Under the pieces are notes generated by a model, which did no database searches, had not been told where the DNA came from, and saw only the letters and a list, made by a program, of their open reading frames with translations. Shown in pieces: positions 46,340 to 57,272 of a DNA stretch of 64,000 nt (within the stretch, counting starts at the first letter, position 1; each line of letters opens with the position of its first letter). Made by a program: the position numbers and the translations under genes. The DNA is taken from contig OZ253580.1 in the NCBI GenBank assembly GCA_965263035.1, forward strand, positions 5,984,001-6,048,000, read 5' to 3'. This DNA comes from Acidobacteriota bacterium. GTDB taxonomy: Bacteria > Acidobacteriota > UBA6911 > RPQK01 > JAJDTT01.

Positions 46340-49300
46340 CTACGAGACTTCCATACCTTCTTCGCCCTCCCGGATGCTCAAGTTGCCGTAGCGATGGTAA
46401 TCGACACTGATGCTTTGCTCCCTCAAATACCAGAGCAACTCCACCCGGCCCTGGATCAGGACGGGGGCTCGCGCCAAGTAAACCCCGGACGCGGCCGCCG
46501 CCCGGAAAACGATCTCCGGCACCCGCTCCGGCGCCGAAAAGCGGACGCGGTCGGTCTCGGATTCGCGGACCCGGCTCGCCAGCTCGTCGTCGGTTTCCTC
46601 GAGAAATTCGACACCCTCGTTCCACGATGCGGTCAGCTCCTGCAGCCAGTCGGTGGCCGGAGACCACCAGCCCCGGGGGCAACTCAACGTGGCTCGGCAG
46701 CCAACGGCCTTGGCCGCACAGACGCGCGCAAAGATCTCGAACAGCGAATCAAGGGGATCCAGGCGGATGTGGAGCCGGCGGACGGGCAGATAGCGCCGCA
46801 GGTTGTCCTGGCCCACCAGACGGAAGTGGTCATGGGTACGGCCGAATTCCTCTTGACTGTTGGCGCAGTAGCTCTCCAGGGCTACCGCGACCCGAAGCAG
46901 GTCGTCCCCGTCCGCGGCGACTCCGGGCGGACTCGGCTGTTGCAGGCGCCAACGGAGGTCGGCGAGATCGGGATCGGCGACTTCGAGGGAGCCGGCGCCA
47001 ACTTCACCGTCTCGGAAATCCATAAGCTGGGCCACGTAGTTGGGTCCTCCCGCCTTGATTCCGGGGCCGAAGGCGGACTTACCCATGCCACCAAAGGGTT
47101 GGCGGAGCACGATGGCCCCGGTGGTCCCCCGATTGACGTAGAGGTTGCCCGCCTCGACGCGGTCGCACCAGTAAGATTGTTCGCGATCGTCCAGGCTCTC
47201 GAGGCCGGAGGTCAGGCCATACCCGGTCTGACGGATGAGGTCCAGGGCCTGGTCCAGGTTCTTCACCTCCATCACCCCCAGCACGGGACCGAAGAGCTCG
47301 GTCAGGTGGGTGAAACTCCCCGGCCGGACATCCCACTTGATCCCTGGTGAGTAGAGACATGGATTGTCTTCCAGCCGTCGGGGCATCACAGCCCAGGACT
47401 CGCCCGGCTCCAGTTCCTTGAGGCCGGTTTCCAGGACACCCGAGGGAGCGCGAATCAGGGGACCCATACTGGTGTGGAGGTCCCAGGCCGAGCCCACCTC
47501 CAGACTCCGCACCGCGTCGCAGAGCGTCTCTTTGAACCTCGAATCCCGGTAGACCTCCTCCTCCACAAGGAGCAGGGACATAGCCGAACACTTCTGTCCG
47601 CTGTGACTGAAGGCGGAGTGAACCACGTGGCTGATGGCCAACTCCCGGTCTCCAAGAGCGGTCAAGGTCGTAGCGTTCTTCCCCCCCGTCTCAGCCAGCA
47701 GATTCATATCCGGCTTGGCCCGCAGCATCCACCGGGCGGTCTCGGTACCGCCGGTGAGGATGACGGCGTCCACCTCCGGGTGGGAGACCAGGCAGGATCC
47801 GGCAATCTCGTCGGAGCAGGAGACCATCTGCAGAGTCCGTCGGGAAACCCCGGCCCTCCAGAAGCAACGGCAAAGCTCGTGAGCCACCAGCACCGTGTCG
47901 GGGGCGGGCTTGAGGATGACCGTGTTCCCGGCCGCCAGTGCGGCGGCGATTCCGCCTCCCGGTATGGCGATGGGAAAGTTCCAGGGAGCAACGACGACCA
48001 CGACACCCTTGGGCTTGACCTGCAGACCTGGAAGGTCGTGGAAGTCGCGGGCCGCCAAGTCGTAGAAAACGACGAAATCCACCACCTCGCTGACCTCCGG
48101 GTCCGACTCGGCCAGGGTCTTGCCGCCGTCCGCCAGGGCGGCGCCCATGAGGTCCCCCCGGCCACGGCGCAATTCCCGCGCCACCGACTCCAGCACTTGG
48201 GAGCGCTCTTCCACCGTCCTCCTGCGCCAGCCGTCGATATCGTTTCGAGCGCAGGTCACTGCCCGCTCGATGTCCTCCCGGTTGGCCTGCCGATATCGGC
48301 CGACGACCAGGCCCGGCCGGGAGGGATCCCGGCAGTCTCGCAGCTCCCGATCCTGAAAGATCTCCTCCCCGTCCACCACCAGGGGAACTTCCACCTTGTT
48401 GTCGTCGTGTCGAGGTTTCCAGCGTTCGATGATCGCCTGGGCCCACTCGCGGTTGGCAGGAAGTGAGAAATCGGTATCCGGTTCGTTGACAAATCGGCTC
48501 CACGAACTCGGGGGTGGCGACGCACCAGTCTCGGCCAGGCGGTTCTGAACGCGTCGAGGCATCTCCGAAACTTCTTCGCGGCGACGGGAAGATTCGAGGA
48601 ACCCCGCTTCCAGTCGTTTCCACTCCGGGCTGCCGGGGACCAGCTTGAAGGCGTACCTGAGAAAATTGTCGGTTCCCGTGTTCTCGTCCAGACGGCGAAA
48701 GAGGTATCCGACGGCGTTGATGAAGTTCTCTTTCCTGGTCGCCGGCGCATAGAGAAGGAGGTCTTGCACCAGCTCGGACAGGGCACGGCGCTGGGCATTG
48801 GCCATCCCTTCCAGCATCTCGAACTGCACCCGGTCCAGGACGCCGGCCTCCGCAGCCAACAGCAGGGCGTACGAGACGTCGAAGAGGTTGTGTGAAGCCA
48901 CCCCCAGCCGCACGGCGGCAATATTCTCCGGAGCCAGAGCTTCGTGCAGCATGCGCTTGTAGTTGGCGTCGGTCTCAAGCTTTGACTCGTACGGCGCCTG
49001 CTCCCAGCCCCGCAGCGACGCCTCCACACGTTCCATCTCCAGGTTGGCGCCCTTCACCAGCCGGATCGTTACCGGCGCTCCTCCGCTCTGCATCCGTTCC
49101 CTGGCCCAGGCGTTGATTCTCTTCTGGGCCAGGTAGGAGTCGGGGAGGTAGGCTTGAAGAGCGATCCCCCCGCCGGCCTGTCGCAAGCCCTTGCGGTCGA
49201 GGGTCCGCAGAAAGACCTCCGTAGTCACCGCCAGGTCGCGATACTCCTCCATGTCGAGGTACACGAACTTGGACACCACGCTGCCATCCCTGCGTCGAAA

Positions 49301-50005
49301 GCGCCCTCTGGCCGCAGCCCGATACAGCAGCTCCAGCCGGTCGCAAAGCACGGAGACGGCGTGCTCGAAGGCCAGAGACGAGATCTGCGAGTAGATGGTG
49401 GAGATCTTGACCGAGATGACCTCAATCTCCGGGATCTGCAGCGCACTCAGGTACAACTCCAAACGCCGCTGGGCCTCGGCTTCTCCCAGGAGGGCCTCTC
49501 CCAGGAAGTTGACGTTCATCCGCACCCCGCCGGACCGGCGAGCCTCCAGGTGCCGGACTAGCAGGTCCTCCTCGGCGGGGAGGATGACGTTTGCGGTTTC
49601 TTCCCGCATCCTCTCCCGGACCAGCGGCGCCGCCACCTCCGGGAGGTAGCTGCCGAAGGAGTGAAACCCCTTGAGCAGCGTTCGGTCCAGACCGCTGAAG
49701 AAGCGAGGGATTCCCTGGATGTCCAGGATGTGCAGGATCTGGTCGACGGCGCGGTGCGGGTTGCTGGATCGGAAGGCCTGGTCGGTGAGCTGGGTGACGG
49801 TCGCTTTGTCGTGCGGACTCTGCACCATCCGCTCCAGTTCGGCCTGCTGCTTTTCTTCTTCGGGGGTTTGAAGCGTCGCCGCGTTTTCCTGAAGACACCG
49901 TGCCAGGAAGACGGCTTTCTGCGCCCGCTCGGAGTAGGGTGACCCGCAGTCCGGCCCAAACCATCCGAGAAGCTCGTGCAAGGACTTCTTCACGTGGGGA
50001 TCCAT
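46340..50005 (-). CDS. putA: Bifunctional proline dehydrogenase / P5C dehydrogenase
   Basis: NFLGE, LDMEEY, LQAYL, RLVKGAN, ASHN, EMLEGM, RRLDEN; ALDH motifs PWNFP, ETGGKNA, GQKCSA, ELFGPVL, GYGLTSG, RQPFGG. Confidence 0.96.
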   Translation of the reverse strand: MDPHVKKSLHELLGWFGPDCGSPYSERAQKAVFLARCLQENAATLQTPEEEKQQAELERMVQSPHDKATVTQLTDQAFRSSNPHRAVDQILHILDIQGIPRFFSGLDRTLLKGFHSFGSYLPEVAAPLVRERMREETANVILPAEEDLLVRHLEARRSGGVRMNVNFLGEALLGEAEAQRRLELYLSALQIPEIEVISVKISTIYSQISSLAFEHAVSVLCDRLELLYRAAARGRFRRRDGSVVSKFVYLDMEEYRDLAVTTEVFLRTLDRKGLRQAGGGIALQAYLPDSYLAQKRINAWARERMQSGGAPVTIRLVKGANLEMERVEASLRGWEQAPYESKLETDANYKRMLHEALAPENIAAVRLGVASHNLFDVSYALLLAAEAGVLDRVQFEMLEGMANAQRRALSELVQDLLLYAPATRKENFINAVGYLFRRLDENTGTDNFLRYAFKLVPGSPEWKRLEAGFLESSRRREEVSEMPRRVQNRLAETGASPPPSSWSRFVNEPDTDFSLPANREWAQAIIERWKPRHDDNKVEVPLVVDGEEIFQDRELRDCRDPSRPGLVVGRYRQANREDIERAVTCARNDIDGWRRRTVEERSQVLESVARELRRGRGDLMGAALADGGKTLAESDPEVSEVVDFVVFYDLAARDFHDLPGLQVKPKGVVVVVAPWNFPIAIPGGGIAAALAAGNTVILKPAPDTVLVAHELCRCFWRAGVSRRTLQMVSCSDEIAGSCLVSHPEVDAVILTGGTETARWMLRAKPDMNLLAETGGKNATTLTALGDRELAISHVVHSAFSHSGQKCSAMSLLLVEEEVYRDSRFKETLCDAVRSLEVGSAWDLHTSMGPLIRAPSGVLETGLKELEPGESWAVMPRRLEDNPCLYSPGIKWDVRPGSFTHLTELFGPVLGVMEVKNLDQALDLIRQTGYGLTSGLESLDDREQSYWCDRVEAGNLYVNRGTTGAIVLRQPFGGMGKSAFGPGIKAGGPNYVAQLMDFRDGEVGAGSLEVADPDLADLRWRLQQPSPPGVAADGDDLLRVAVALESYCANSQEEFGRTHDHFRLVGQDNLRRYLPVRRLHIRLDPLDSLFEIFARVCAAKAVGCRATLSCPRGWWSPATDWLQELTASWNEGVEFLEETDDELASRVRESETDRVRFSAPERVPEIVFRAAAASGVYLARAPVLIQGRVELLWYLREQSISVDYHRYGNLSIREGEEGMEVS

Positions 50006-50406
50006 CGGAATATAAGATCTTGGACCAGGAGCCTCTTTGGTGGCGCCCCCTCCACAGGATCAGCGGCCCGCATCGTCAGTTTCTTTCGCATTCCCTTCTC
50101 TAACAACCCGCAGTCGGTTGGCTCGATTGCTCGAGGCGGTTCCTTCCAACCGTTTCTACCACCGGCCCGCATTTCTCATCGGGGCCTGCACTCTTGAGAA
50201 GAGTGTAGGGATGGCGCAGAGATTCTTTGTAAGCGCCTGCACGCGACCGCAAAGCGTAGCCGGGTCCCCGTTTGAGCGCGACCGCAAAGCGGAGCACCGG
50301 ACTGTCCCCTTCTCTTCCTAAAGCATTCTACTGGACCCTGCCCCTTCCCCCTGCCCCGTCTTCAGGCGCTGGCTACGCCTCTCCGTCCTTTCTTTTTTCG
50401 ACCCGG

Positions 50407-50434
50407 TGAGCCCCTTCCGGCGAAAAAATCACAT
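50407..50434 (+). promoter_or_regulatory. TGAGCC-N17-CACAT promoter-like motif
   Basis: TGAGCC ccttccggcgaaaaaat CACAT. A decayed site (TAA-AGCATT-CTACTGGACCC, about 50319-50338) lies at the usual distance upstream. Confidence 0.65.
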
Positions 50435-50460
50435 CTGTCTATGGTGAGCTTGGAGGAGCT

Positions 50461-51222
50461 ATGAGCAATATTTCCCACCCCCCCGGAAAGCGATTCAGGA
50501 AAATCTCGACAATCGGTCAGGCACCCTCGCCGCGGGCGACTCCCTGGCGTCCGTACGTTTTCGTCCTTGCGGCAACATTGCAACTCTGCAGTTGGGAGCC
50601 GCTTTGTGCGCAGCAGCGTGATCCTGCGGTAGAGATCTACGGACTAACAGGAGCTTACTATTTTGGGAATCGTTCGAACGTATTGAAAGGCGGGGAATGG
50701 AACCTACAGCTCGGGGTCGGCGGTCTGTTTCCTCTGGGATCGAAGTGGGCGGTGATGATCGATGGAGTCACGAGCCATCTGGAGGTCAATGAGGGGCCAC
50801 ATGGCCCATATGATGGCCATCCATTCTCAGAATTCTACAGAGTGAATCCCAGGATTCAGAACAATGATGTTACGACGCAAAGACTGATTTCCATTCTGCC
50901 ATCCATCGTCAGGCTGTGGAGAAGGGACCGACTCTCGATCTACATCGGCCTCGGTCTTGGGTTTGAGCAACAGCGTCAACTGATAAGGTATCAACCGGCT
51001 CTTCAACAGGAGAATCCTGATGGAAGCCGCATCCTTGTTCGCGCCGAAGAATTTAGGGAGTCGAGGGATGTCGTATCCGTCATGCCCCTAAACTTTCGCG
51101 CGGGTATCCTGATGAGTCTTGCTCCATGTGTTGTCGTGCGAGCGGGATACTCGCAAATTGTTGCTTACGTCGATACGGCTGCCTCCAGATCTCTCGAAGT
51201 GGGGATCGGATATCGTTTCTAG
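50461..51222 (+). CDS. Outer-membrane beta-barrel-like hypothetical protein
   Basis: RBS GGAGGAG; signal-like segment; C-terminal EVGIGYRF (BamA-type signal); lower GC than flanks. Confidence 0.72.
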   Translation: MSNISHPPGKRFRKISTIGQAPSPRATPWRPYVFVLAATLQLCSWEPLCAQQRDPAVEIYGLTGAYYFGNRSNVLKGGEWNLQLGVGGLFPLGSKWAVMIDGVTSHLEVNEGPHGPYDGHPFSEFYRVNPRIQNNDVTTQRLISILPSIVRLWRRDRLSIYIGLGLGFEQQRQLIRYQPALQQENPDGSRILVRAEEFRESRDVVSVMPLNFRAGILMSLAPCVVVRAGYSQIVAYVDTAASRSLEVGIGYRF

Positions 51223-51591
51223 GGGATGGGAAGGAGCCGACCAAGAGGGGAGATCCAGAGCAGGCTCCGGCGACATGGCGGATGGCGTTGAAATTGGGCA
51301 CCCACCGAACACATAGGGCGCCCTTCAACAGTGTCATCACCGGTGGAAACCGGTTTTTCCGTCGAGAATGTAGAGCTACGGGCGAATCTCCCATCCACCG
51401 ACCAAAAGGTTTTCTACGGCACGGTTGGTCGAAGCCAGGACGAACCGCCGGACTCATCCCAAAAATCTTCCACGGCGCAGGCCACCAGCCTGGATTCCTT
51501 GGAGCGGGGGGGACGCCATCCAGGAGACCCGGACACCGGCCAATCACCGGTGACGTGGGTAGAACCTGAATCGCGCCCCATATTCAGAAGC

Positions 51592-51876
51592 CTACCAGCG
51601 GCCTCCACCGCCGCCGCCGCCGGACCGGTTCTCACGCGGACGTGCTTCGTTCACGGTCAGGGTCCTGCCGTCCAACTGAGTCCCGTTCAAGGCACTGATG
51701 GCCTTCTGGCCGTCCGCCTCGTCCATCTCGACGAAACCGAAGCCGCGCGACTGGCCGGTCATTCGATCCGTGATCACTCGAGCCGTTTCCACAGGACCGT
51801 ACTCGGAGAAGGTCTCCTCCAACCGGTCATCCGTGATTGCGTAGGGCAGGCCCCCTACATAGATGTTCTTCTTCAT
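51592..51876 (-). CDS. RRM-domain RNA-binding protein
   Basis: RNP2 IYVGGL, RNP1 RGFGFVEM, Gly-rich tail; RBS AGGAG. Confidence 0.96.
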   Translation of the reverse strand: MKKNIYVGGLPYAITDDRLEETFSEYGPVETARVITDRMTGQSRGFGFVEMDEADGQKAISALNGTQLDGRTLTVNEARPRENRSGGGGGGGRW

Positions 51877-52523
51877 TTTCTCCTCCTAATGTTGTAAGAA
51901 ATGGAATTTCTACCCTGAGACGCCAAGTGCAAACGGAGCAGGCCCCGATCCTGTGTAGTTGTACGATTCGATCGGGGATTCCTTGGGAGTCTTTCGCAGG
52001 GAAGAAACTAGCTTGGGCTCTCAACACCTGTCTTCGGTGTTACCTGTCGAACCCTCTGCTGAATTAACCGCCGCGAGCGTAGCCCTTTTTTCCATCGTTG
52101 TCAAAAGAACTTTGTCGTTAGTACGTGAAGTCTCCGGTCCATGAAGTGGGAGGTTTGAAGGTTTCCCGTTTTCGTGGACGGTTGGGTGGTACGGTTTCAA
52201 TCGGTGTTTTTTGTAATCCCCCTTCTATCGCTCAATGGCCATCGACGATGTCAGGGTTGTGGCCACTGACAGAGCGTTCTTTCTTCAGTGGGGGGGGACT
52301 GATGGAGACGTCGGCAGAAGGGCTCAGGTTGTGGGAAATCTCTGGTTTCCCACAACGGGATACCGTATTCAGACTCCTCCAAGAGGGATCAGGGCACGAC
52401 AGAAGCTCTTTATTGGACCCTGACCCGCGTCCCTGACCCCCAATTCCCCAGCCTTTTCCAGTGCTGGCTGGACAACGAAGCCGGGACGTTGCGGACCGTC
52501 CGGACGCTTCCAGCCCAAGTCGG

Positions 52524-53393
52524 CTACTGAAAGGATTCATCGCACTCGGCGATGGTGTCAGGATCGGTAGCGACCTGATCGGCCCAATCGCGTCCCTCGA
52601 ACCAATACCGGCGGTGCCGTTCGAGCCAGCCATCGGCTTGGCGAACCACAATCCAGCCATTGAAGAAATTCAAGGCATCGAGGTCACCTTTCCGCACGGC
52701 CATCGCCAGCACGTCCGAGGCAAACGGCTCGTCGAAGGGCAGGTGCAGGGTCTGCGGGTTGGCTTCAACCCAGGTGGTCCGCTTCACCGCGACCGCTGCC
52801 GCAGCATGGGCCTCACCGGTGACGAGGGCCTCGAGGACCGCGTTGTCGGTATCAAAGTGAAGGAGCATGGCATCAGGAAAAACATTTTCGATAGCAGAGA
52901 TTGACGAGGATCCCCGCCGGGTCGCAATCGTGACACTGGAACTGTTGAAATCTGCCAGCGTTTCCAAGTCGGCGGTCTGCTCTGTATTCGCCACCAGGTA
53001 GACACCGGCAACATTGTATGGTGACGTGAAATTGACCTCGAGGTTGCGTCGCGGAAGGATCGTCATGCCACTGATAATCACGTCAAACTCCTCAGCGATC
53101 AGGGAGGGGATGATATAGCTCCAGTTCGTCCGCACGAATTCAACCTCCACCCCCATGTCCTCGGCCACTTTGGTCGCGACATCGATCTCAAAGCCGATCA
53201 GTTCGCCGTCCGCATTGCAGGCGGACCAGGGCTCGAACAGGCCCAGACCGACTCTCAGCGTCCCACGGTCCCGGGCCTCCTCAATGACACTGTCAAATGA
53301 CCACCAAAGGGAAATCTGGGCCATCACCGGAGAGTTGACACCGCCGATCAGGGCAGCAACGACCAGGCCACACACGATGTGCTTTCTTTGCAT
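52524..53393 (-). CDS. Amino-acid ABC transporter substrate-binding protein (family 3), orphan
   Basis: RGTLRVG, GFEIDVA, DVIISGMTI...R...VNFT.PY; signal peptide; RBS GGAGG. Confidence 0.9.
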   Translation of the reverse strand: MQRKHIVCGLVVAALIGGVNSPVMAQISLWWSFDSVIEEARDRGTLRVGLGLFEPWSACNADGELIGFEIDVATKVAEDMGVEVEFVRTNWSYIIPSLIAEEFDVIISGMTILPRRNLEVNFTSPYNVAGVYLVANTEQTADLETLADFNSSSVTIATRRGSSSISAIENVFPDAMLLHFDTDNAVLEALVTGEAHAAAAVAVKRTTWVEANPQTLHLPFDEPFASDVLAMAVRKGDLDALNFFNGWIVVRQADGWLERHRRYWFEGRDWADQVATDPDTIAECDESFQ

Positions 53394-53528
53394 CAGACAC
53401 CTCCGTCGAAGTATGGATTCCCTCCAGGAGCGGGGGCCCTCCCCTTCTCTCGCGAGCGCGGATCAGTCCCAAGGTCCCCGGAAACACGGGCCAGAAGAAG
53501 ATGACCAGACCCCTCCAGGAGGGAACAC

Positions 53529-53660
53529 CGTACGATAAGAGCACTTTATTTTACCCTGTTCCCTCCCTCTGACTCCCCCGTCTTCTACGGCGGCCGCGGT
53601 CCCGCGCCATCCCCTTCTTTCCCATTTCGGTGATTCCATTCGGGTCATAAACGAGTCCAG
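53529..53660 (+). other. Degenerate copy of the site-linker-promoter module
   Basis: CGTACGATAA-GAGCACT-TTATTTTACC, then CTGACTCCCC...CGGCCG...CCATCCCCTTCT.TCCC...CGGTGATTCCATT, aligning with 36912-37040. Confidence 0.6.
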
Positions 53661-53861
53661 GACCCGATCCGTCAGATCGGTGGCCCCTTCCGCAATTCGG
53701 CCAGAAGGAATGTACCCGCATCACTGAATACAGTCGAAGGCCATCCTTCTGCTTGGAGGAACCGTCACGGATGTCAGTAATCTCCCTGAAGACCTCGTAT
53801 CTTTGCCGGCGGGAATCTTCTTCCCGTTTTCCAGGACCGGAGAAATTTCGAGCATAGGAAC

Positions 53862-54104
53862 ATGATCTGGGACCTGATTCTCATTGGAGCCTTGCTTTAC
53901 TTGGCCGTCGCCATCCGGGGCCAGATCCGGCACCTGAAACAGATGGAGTTGGGATTGGGTGTCAGAATCACCAGCCTGGAGACGCAGATCAGAGACCTAC
54001 AGGATTGCGCTGGCCGGATTGAGGACACGTTGGCCGTGTCCAAGAAGTCCTTCGGAGCAACCGTTCCGGATGCCCGTAATCTCCCCGAAGACCTCGTATC
54101 TTAG
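53862..54104 (+). CDS. Small membrane-anchored coiled-coil protein
   Basis: TM helix then heptads; its last ~45 nt are duplicated at about 53759-53803. Confidence 0.55.
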   Translation: MIWDLILIGALLYLAVAIRGQIRHLKQMELGLGVRITSLETQIRDLQDCAGRIEDTLAVSKKSFGATVPDARNLPEDLVS

Positions 54105-54189
54105 CCGGTAGCGATCCACGACCTCGCCCGGGGTGCCGGTCCTCTTCGACCCGAACGCACGATCCTCACAGGTCGCCGCGGTTGTCCAT

Positions 54190-54295
54190 GTGGTCGGCGA
54201 ATGGGTGCCCGGTAAAGATGTAGACTGAACGGGTCGCTTCATCGCCCAGCTTCCGACAGAGCCTCTTCACGAAGGCCCGCCCCATGCGAACCAGA
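54190..54295 (-). pseudogene. Remnant of OmpR-type winged-helix response-regulator C-terminus
   Basis: RAFVKRLCRKLGDEATRSVYIFT resembles LR.KLGDDA..P.YIFT. Confidence 0.45.
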
Positions 54296-54336
54296 TGGGA
54301 CCCAGGGGAAGAAACATTTCGGAGGAATCGCCAACC

Positions 54337-56067
54337 ATGATCGGACAAGTTCTGGCGAGGCTGGCTGTTTTACTGCTGTGCGTATCGATTCTGGTGGGCC
54401 GGTCGGACCAGGTGTACCGTGCCGAGAACAACGTCATCTACGTGACGCGCGTGGAGGATGGGGTGCTGAGGTGCGGACATGCCACGCCGGCCAATATGGA
54501 TTTAGTGGAGAGAATACAAGCTCGAGTCTCCCGTGCGAGGTCTACGCCAGTACAGACAAACTTGGCCCAGCCCGCTGCGGATATCGTCGTCAACTACACG
54601 GGGTTCACTCCGGAAGCCCAGGCCGCCTTTCAGCGGGCGGTCGACATCTGGGCGTCTACACTGATGACGACGGTGCCGATTGAAATCGATGCCGACTTCG
54701 TCTCGGCCGACGATCTGGAGAACCCTGAAGAACTGGAAAATGCTCTGGCATTCGCCCGACCCTCCCAATCTTGGGCGATAGCTATGGCAAATGATCAGCA
54801 AGTCGCGGTGCCGATTGCCATTGGCAATCAGCTTTCAAACCGGGATCGAGATCCTGACAAACCAGACTTTGCAGCGACGGTCATCGACCGCGGTGACTGG
54901 TACTTTGGGCTGGACGGACGCCCTGAGAGTAATCAGTTCGATTTGGTTTCCGTCGTCCTGCACGAGATTTCACACGGACTGGGGATCTTAGACAGCTTCG
55001 AACTGGACGACGACGGAAACGGCCAGTACGGACTGAAGTTCCGAGATAGAGAGGAGCGTATTCCCACGTTGTTCGATTATTTCGTCCGTCTAAGGAATGG
55101 GGACCAGTTGATTACAGACTTGTCCAGTCCCTCCGCCGAATTGGCTGACGCGATCACCGGCATCAAACTCTTCTGGGCGGGACCACAAACGAGGAGAGCC
55201 AATGGTGGTCGAACCCCCGTCCTGCTTTGGGCGCCAAACGAGTTTGAAGCTGCCAGCAGCATCGCCCATTTGGACGAAGATGCGTATCCTTCCGGGACTT
55301 CCAACAGCTTGATGACCCCACAAATAGGCAGAGGCGAAGTGTCGCAGATTCCGGGTCCCCTGTTGCGCGCCATGCTCAAGGACCTGGAATACACGGTTCG
55401 TGGCCAGGTTCTGCAGATTCCGCATTTTGGGGTCGGGGACGGCTTGAGCTCGGATATCGTCGTCACCAATCGTTCTTCGACCGAGACTGCCGCCGTGGCG
55501 GTCGATGCCTGGGACTCGGAGGGGAGCGAGTTGGACGGGGACACCCTGTTCGGCACGGCGGGCGCCGATCGATTCGATCTCCCCCCCTTGGGAAGCCGGA
55601 CCCTGACTCTGTCGTCCGGCGACGGAGGCCTGCTGACCGGATCGATAACGGTCTCGACGGATGATGTTCCGGTTTCCGCGGTGGTTCGTTTCGAACTCAC
55701 GGGCACCGGCATCACCGGAGTCGGCGCCAGCTCCAGACTGCGGGCAGCCGTGGCGCCGGCGCGGCGCAGCGGGGGGCTCAGTACCGGAATCGCGGTGCGC
55801 AACACCGAGCTGGCGGAGCAGAGGGTGGACCTGACACTCAAAGATGAAAGCGGGGAGGTGGTCGCCGGCGGAACGTCCGCCAGAACAATTCAGGCCGGGG
55901 GCCAATTTGCCGCGTTCATTCAAGAGATATTCCCCGACGCCGTGACCACTGATTTCAAAGGGGAGATCTGCGTTCGGACCCAAGCCGGCCGGGTCGCCGT
56001 CGTCGCCCTGGAACTGGAGCCCGGCAGGGCGTTCACGACGCTGCCGGTGGGTCCGATTGTGGATTGA
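54337..56067 (+). CDS. Secreted zinc metalloprotease with C-terminal beta domain
   Basis: RBS GGAGG; signal peptide; AFQRAVDIW, DLVSVVLHEISHGLG, SSIAHLDE, LMTP. C-terminal domain resembles the N-terminal repeats of the 5136 protein. Confidence 0.82.
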   Translation: MIGQVLARLAVLLLCVSILVGRSDQVYRAENNVIYVTRVEDGVLRCGHATPANMDLVERIQARVSRARSTPVQTNLAQPAADIVVNYTGFTPEAQAAFQRAVDIWASTLMTTVPIEIDADFVSADDLENPEELENALAFARPSQSWAIAMANDQQVAVPIAIGNQLSNRDRDPDKPDFAATVIDRGDWYFGLDGRPESNQFDLVSVVLHEISHGLGILDSFELDDDGNGQYGLKFRDREERIPTLFDYFVRLRNGDQLITDLSSPSAELADAITGIKLFWAGPQTRRANGGRTPVLLWAPNEFEAASSIAHLDEDAYPSGTSNSLMTPQIGRGEVSQIPGPLLRAMLKDLEYTVRGQVLQIPHFGVGDGLSSDIVVTNRSSTETAAVAVDAWDSEGSELDGDTLFGTAGADRFDLPPLGSRTLTLSSGDGGLLTGSITVSTDDVPVSAVVRFELTGTGITGVGASSRLRAAVAPARRSGGLSTGIAVRNTELAEQRVDLTLKDESGEVVAGGTSARTIQAGGQFAAFIQEIFPDAVTTDFKGEICVRTQAGRVAVVALELEPGRAFTTLPVGPIVD

Positions 56068-56147
56068 TTTCTTATCCCTGCGAGTCCAGGCCGCATTCCT
56101 CACCAGGTCGCCTTTGTCCCATCCTTGGTGACGGCGGCCGGTGGCAC

Positions 56148-57267
56148 CTATTTTCGACTCGGGATAATCGGCAGTGTGACGTGTGAGGGGAACTGGCTGT
56201 TGTGATAGATCTTCTGCGTGGCCACTACCGAACGGGTCTCCAGACCGATATTGTCGGCGCCCGTGTTCAAATTCCTGAGATAGTAGGGAAAGTAACTGCT
56301 GGAGACCTCGACTCGGATGCGGTGCCCTTTCTTGAACACGTTCCCGGTCGACCTCCAGAATTCGATCGTATACTCGTAGACCCTGTTGGGCTCGATCTTG
56401 CTCAGCCGTTCCGAATTGAACGCCCCTTCTCTTTGCGGGTCTCGATGCCGTGCCCGTAGCACCCCGTCACACAGGAGGGCGGCATAGCCATCGGGATGGA
56501 CGTCGATCAAGCGCACCATCCAATCGGTATCTCGTGCCGAGGTCGCCGCATAGAGCTTCGCCTCAACCGGCCCCGTCACTTCGATGTCTTCGGCCAGCGG
56601 CGGCGTCGTATAGACCAGCACATCATCCCGGATCGACGGAATTCTCGCATCCACCGCTCCATCGATATGACCATTCGTAAATGGGGCACAAGGGGTGGGA
56701 TCGGCCGGGTCGTAAACATAAGCATCCCAGGATTCCTCACCCGGCGGTGTCGTGTTCAGCACGCCGCCTCCCTTCAGCGAATTGGCCTTACCTCCACTGT
56801 GCAGGTAGTAATTCGTCCAATTTGTTTGAGGTAGCGGCCAGTCCTGCTCCGCGTACCAGCGGTTGGGTCCCATGACAAAGACATAAACGGGAGGCTCATC
56901 GGTCACCCCGTTGTCGATCCCCTTCAAGAAATGGTCAAACCACCGGCAGATCATTCCGTTCAGGTCGATCACGGCATCGGGACCGTAGTCGAATCCCGCG
57001 ACCACCCGTTGATTGATGGCGTGTTGCCAGGGTCCGATGACGAGGGAAGGACGGCGGGATTCCGGGGTCGCTCCGTACTGCTTCATCCCCTGGTAGTTCA
57101 TGGGCGAGCCGGGATAGTTCGCATCGAACCACCCTGTGATGTTCAGGGCCGGTACCGTCATTTTTGAATAGTTGTCTTTGCCCTGGTAGGAAATCTTCCT
57201 CCAGTATTCACCTGTCGAGAGATTTTGCCGGATCCACGTCTCGAACCAGGGCGCATCCAGCGCTCCC
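56148..57267 (-). pseudogene. CocE/NonD (S15) hydrolase, 3' part
   Basis: ITGWFD, IGPWQH, RWFDHFLKG, YDPADP, RDDVLVYTT, DTDW.VRL.DV, GHRIRVEVSSS. In frame with 61039-61778 once both IS are removed. Confidence 0.9.
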
Positions 57268-57272
57268 TTCAC

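Noticed and set aside
50242-50291. 15-bp direct repeat CGCGACCGCAAAGCG x2 upstream of putA
   Set aside because: Only two copies next to a GGACTGTCCCC REP-like end; cannot distinguish an operator from a decayed repeat.
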